A stretch of DNA of 64,000 bases from Dehalococcoidia bacterium. Lineage in GTDB: Bacteria > Chloroflexota > Dehalococcoidia > Lucifugimonadales > G963668185. Made by a program: the position numbers and the translations under genes. How positions within the stretch are numbered: the first letter of the stretch is position 1; the number at the start of each line of letters is the position of its first letter. Of this stretch, positions 61,527 to 64,000 are shown piece by piece. The stretch is taken from positions 2,452,754-2,516,753 of the forward strand of contig OY764162.1 in NCBI GenBank assembly GCA_963668185.1, given 5' to 3'. Under the pieces are notes generated by a model, which had not been told where the DNA came from, searched no databases, and saw nothing but the letters and a program-made list of their open reading frames with translations.

Positions 61527-63419
61527 TCAGGCGGCCTCGCCCCGGCGTGACGCCGCGTCCGGGAAGAACACGCGCAGTATCTGCTGGGCGATGCCCTCGG
61601 CGTCCAGCTGCAGGTTGTGACGCTGGTCGTCCGCCGTGCCGTGCTCGATGAAGGTGTCCGGCATGCCGATCCGGTGCACCGATACATCGTCCATTCCGGC
61701 CTCTGCGAGAGCTTCGAGCACTGCCGAGCCGAAACCCCCGGCCAGCACGTTCTCCTCGACCGTGACCAGGCGATGGGTCCGGCGTGCGGAGTCCAGGACC
61801 AGTTCAACGTCCAGCGGCTTGACGAAGATCGGGTTCACCACGCCGCACGAGATGCCGTGCTCGGCGAGCCTGTCCGACGCCTCGAGCGCCGGGCCCACCG
61901 GCTTGCCGAGGGCGAAGATCGTCACATCGCCGCCCTCCCGGACGACGACGCCCTTGCCGAGCGGCAACTCTCGCAGGTCGGCGTCGAGCGGCGCGCCGAC
62001 GGCTGCGCCCCTCGCGATGCGGATCGCGAACGGCCCGCGGTGCTTGTACGCCGTATAGACGAGGTGCTGAAGCTCGTTCTCGTCCATCGGCGCCGCGACT
62101 ACGGCGTTGGGCAGGCAACGCAGGTACGAGATGTCGAACGCGCCATGGTGCGTCTTGCCGTCCTCGCCGACGATGCCCGCGCGGTCCGCAATCAGCGTCA
62201 CAGGGAGATTCTGGATGCAGATGTCGTGGACTATCTGGTCGAAGGCCCGCTGTAGGAACGTGGAGTAGATGGAAACGAACGGGTTGAGCCCGTTCGAGGC
62301 CATGCCCGCCCCCATGCTCACTGCGTGCTGCTCAGCGATGCCCACGTCGAAGACCCTGTCCGGGAAGTCCTGCTGCACCTCCACCAGTCCCGTGCCCTCC
62401 AGCATGGCGGCGCTGATGCCGACGACCGTCTCGTCTTCGCGCATGAGGCGGGAGACGGTCTGCGCGAACACCTTCGAGTACGTGGGCGCTCCCGAGCCGG
62501 CCCCAAGCGGGGAACTCGGCTGGTGGAACTTCACGGGATCGTCCTCGGCCGGCTCGTAGCCTCGGCCCTTGTGCGTGACCACGTGAATCAGCGGCACCGA
62601 GCCGCCGGGCTGCATCGCCTGCCGCAGCGTCTCTTCCAGTTGCTTGCCGTCGTGTCCATCCACCGGGCCCAGGTACTGGAACCCCATCTCCGTCCAGAAC
62701 ATGGTGGGTACGATGACGCCGTGGAGTCCTGTGTTGACTCGCTTTACGAGGCTGTAGATCAACTCGCCCGTCGGCACCCTCTTGGAGAGAGCCCTCATGC
62801 GGTCGATCATCGCGTGGTACTCGGGATGCGTGATCACGCGCTTACGCCAGTTGGTCAGGAATCCGATGTTCTCTGAGATCGACATCCCGTTATCGTTGAG
62901 GATAACGATGAACCTCTCAGGGTTCAGGTGCACGATGTTGTTCAGCGCCTCGAAGCTGGAGCCGGACGTCATCGCGCCGTCCCCGACAACGGCAATGGTC
63001 CACGAGTCGCGCCCCGTCTTGGCCGCGCCCTCCGCGATGCCGAGCGCGATCGATAGGCCGGTGCCGGCGTGGCCTGCGCAAAGCGTGTCGTGGGGACTCT
63101 CGCTAGGCTCCCCGAACCCGGACAGACCCCCTTCCAGGCGGATGTTCTGGAACTCGTCGCGCCGTCCGGTGACGAGCTTATGCGTGTAAGTCTGGTTCGT
63201 TGTGTCCCAAACTATGCTGTCCTTGGGGCTGTCGAACACACGGTGCAGCGCAAGCGTGAGTTCGACGACGCCCAGGTTCGACGCCAGGTGGCCGCCACGC
63301 TCCGTTATCACGGATATGATCGTGTCCCGCGCTTCCCGGGCAACCTGAGCGAGTTCGTCGTACGTCAGGCCCTTCAGGTCGCCAGGCGCGTTAATTCGGT
63401 CCAGTATATGTTCGGACAT
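61527..63419 (-). CDS. dxs: 1-deoxy-D-xylulose-5-phosphate synthase
   Basis: 630 aa. It has ILDRINAPGDLKGL, the TPP motif GDGAMTSG...LNDN and a transketolase-like C-terminus. Confidence 0.92.
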   Translation of the reverse strand: MSEHILDRINAPGDLKGLTYDELAQVAREARDTIISVITERGGHLASNLGVVELTLALHRVFDSPKDSIVWDTTNQTYTHKLVTGRRDEFQNIRLEGGLSGFGEPSESPHDTLCAGHAGTGLSIALGIAEGAAKTGRDSWTIAVVGDGAMTSGSSFEALNNIVHLNPERFIVILNDNGMSISENIGFLTNWRKRVITHPEYHAMIDRMRALSKRVPTGELIYSLVKRVNTGLHGVIVPTMFWTEMGFQYLGPVDGHDGKQLEETLRQAMQPGGSVPLIHVVTHKGRGYEPAEDDPVKFHQPSSPLGAGSGAPTYSKVFAQTVSRLMREDETVVGISAAMLEGTGLVEVQQDFPDRVFDVGIAEQHAVSMGAGMASNGLNPFVSIYSTFLQRAFDQIVHDICIQNLPVTLIADRAGIVGEDGKTHHGAFDISYLRCLPNAVVAAPMDENELQHLVYTAYKHRGPFAIRIARGAAVGAPLDADLRELPLGKGVVVREGGDVTIFALGKPVGPALEASDRLAEHGISCGVVNPIFVKPLDVELVLDSARRTHRLVTVEENVLAGGFGSAVLEALAEAGMDDVSVHRIGMPDTFIEHGTADDQRHNLQLDAEGIAQQILRVFFPDAASRRGEAA

Positions 63420-63505
63420 GGTTCCGTTCCTCAGCGCTGTGCGCGCTACCCTTGAAACTGAAGCGCGATCACTCCTGTGTGAGACAACTTGTCAAATAAA
63501 GCCCG

Positions 63506-63534
63506 ATTGTAGGTAGCGAGGTAGGCCTTTACAA
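63506..63534 (-). promoter_or_regulatory. candidate sigma70-type promoter for dxs (TTGTAA-17 nt-TACAAT)
   Basis: On the minus strand, TTGTAA is the complement of 63529-63534 and TACAAT is the complement of 63506-63511. The spacer is exactly 17 nt. The element lies about 87 nt upstream of the dxs ATG. Confidence 0.35.
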
Positions 63535-63634
63535 GTAGAAAGTACCTCGGAAAGCTATGCTCTTGCCCGTGGATTCTACCCCAGCCTTCCATATGATTGC
63601 GAACGTAGGGCGCCGGGCAGAACTGTTTTCCGAC

Positions 63635-64000
63635 TCAGAACCTGATGACGCTGAAGCCCAGCGCGTACTCGCAGCCGAAGCGTTCTCCGGCACCTCTGGC
63701 CCGCTCGTACATCCACGTCGGATCGAACGGCCTGCCGAGTCCTTCGAAGTAAGCCTTGTGCTCCGCGAGCGCCGCCACGCCCCGCTCGATGTGATCGGTA
63801 ACGTCCGCGAAGTGCGTCGCCCCGCCGCCTCCGGCGCTCATGCAGGCGAACTGGACTCCGTTCCACGGCTCCAGGCCCTCGTCGAGCAGTTCCGTGAATA
63901 TCCACCGGTTCGCGGCGTCCCTGACAGCGTCCAGCGTAGCGAGGCCGACGACCCGGTGGTCCGCCATCACGAGGGATACGCCGCCTCGCGTCAGGTCGTA
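63635..64000 (-). CDS. hypothetical protein, 5' end outside the window
   Basis: The frame is open to the window edge (YDLTRGGVSLVMADHRVVGLATLDAVRDAA...). Resemblance to LmbE/PIG-L deacetylases is weak, with MADH where HPDH is expected, so I assign no name. Confidence 0.4.
   Translation of the reverse strand, partial: YDLTRGGVSLVMADHRVVGLATLDAVRDAANRWIFTELLDEGLEPWNGVQFACMSAGGGGATHFADVTDHIERGVAALAEHKAYFEGLGRPFDPTWMYERARGAGERFGCEYALGFSVIRF

Noticed and set aside
63635-64000. Naming the edge-truncated ORF an LmbE/PIG-L deacetylase
   Set aside because: Only a loose resemblance exists. The expected HPDH-type motif reads MADH, and the N-terminal catalytic region is outside the window.

Overview
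This is a high-GC bacterial chromosomal segment. GC is about 65% by eye, and hand-counted sample lines range from about 58% to 77%. I call about 60 protein genes and one tRNA-Pro(CGG). No rRNA genes, CRISPR array, transposase or integrase are present. Gene content and the translated repeat peptides (FPSLLGKAGMG, VIPAKAGIH, SLSKG, SLSNHE) suggest a Chloroflexota-like organism; that assignment is inference only.

The housekeeping backbone comprises recR-ybaB-dnaX-ybeY-hflCK, sthA, trpB, queG and dxs, plus many oxidoreductases.

Accessory and unusual content:
1. At least seven families of short palindromic REP/MITE-like repeats. Some elements are nested inside the loops of others, and some are translated in-frame inside ORFs. 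The hotspot is 12.9-15.0 kb.
2. A co-directional cluster of STAS, REC-PP2C, RsbW-like kinase, lipoprotein PBP and histidine kinase, with no sigma-factor output gene.
3. A circularly permuted ATP-grasp / alpha-E / transglutaminase operon interrupted by an ammonium transporter.
4. A bcp cassette bracketed by 133-bp direct repeats that duplicate the 3' end of the upstream gene. A lower-GC island follows it (small ORF, SDH/Clp-fold protease, EcsC-like protein).
5. Two type II restriction-modification cassettes. One pairs a GIY-YIG Eco29kI-like nuclease with an amino-methyltransferase. The other pairs an HNH nuclease with a beta-class methyltransferase, lies in a low-GC insert and is flanked by an 11-bp direct repeat.
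6. A split Psp envelope-stress neighbourhood: htpX-pspAB on one strand, and membrane protein-pspA-pspAA-queG on the other. queG has no ATG, GTG or TTG start upstream of its conserved N-terminus.
7. A hicAB pair and a TA-like cassette of a DUF5678-like protein plus a retropepsin-like protease.

All calls rest on hand translation and recognised motifs. No database search was run.
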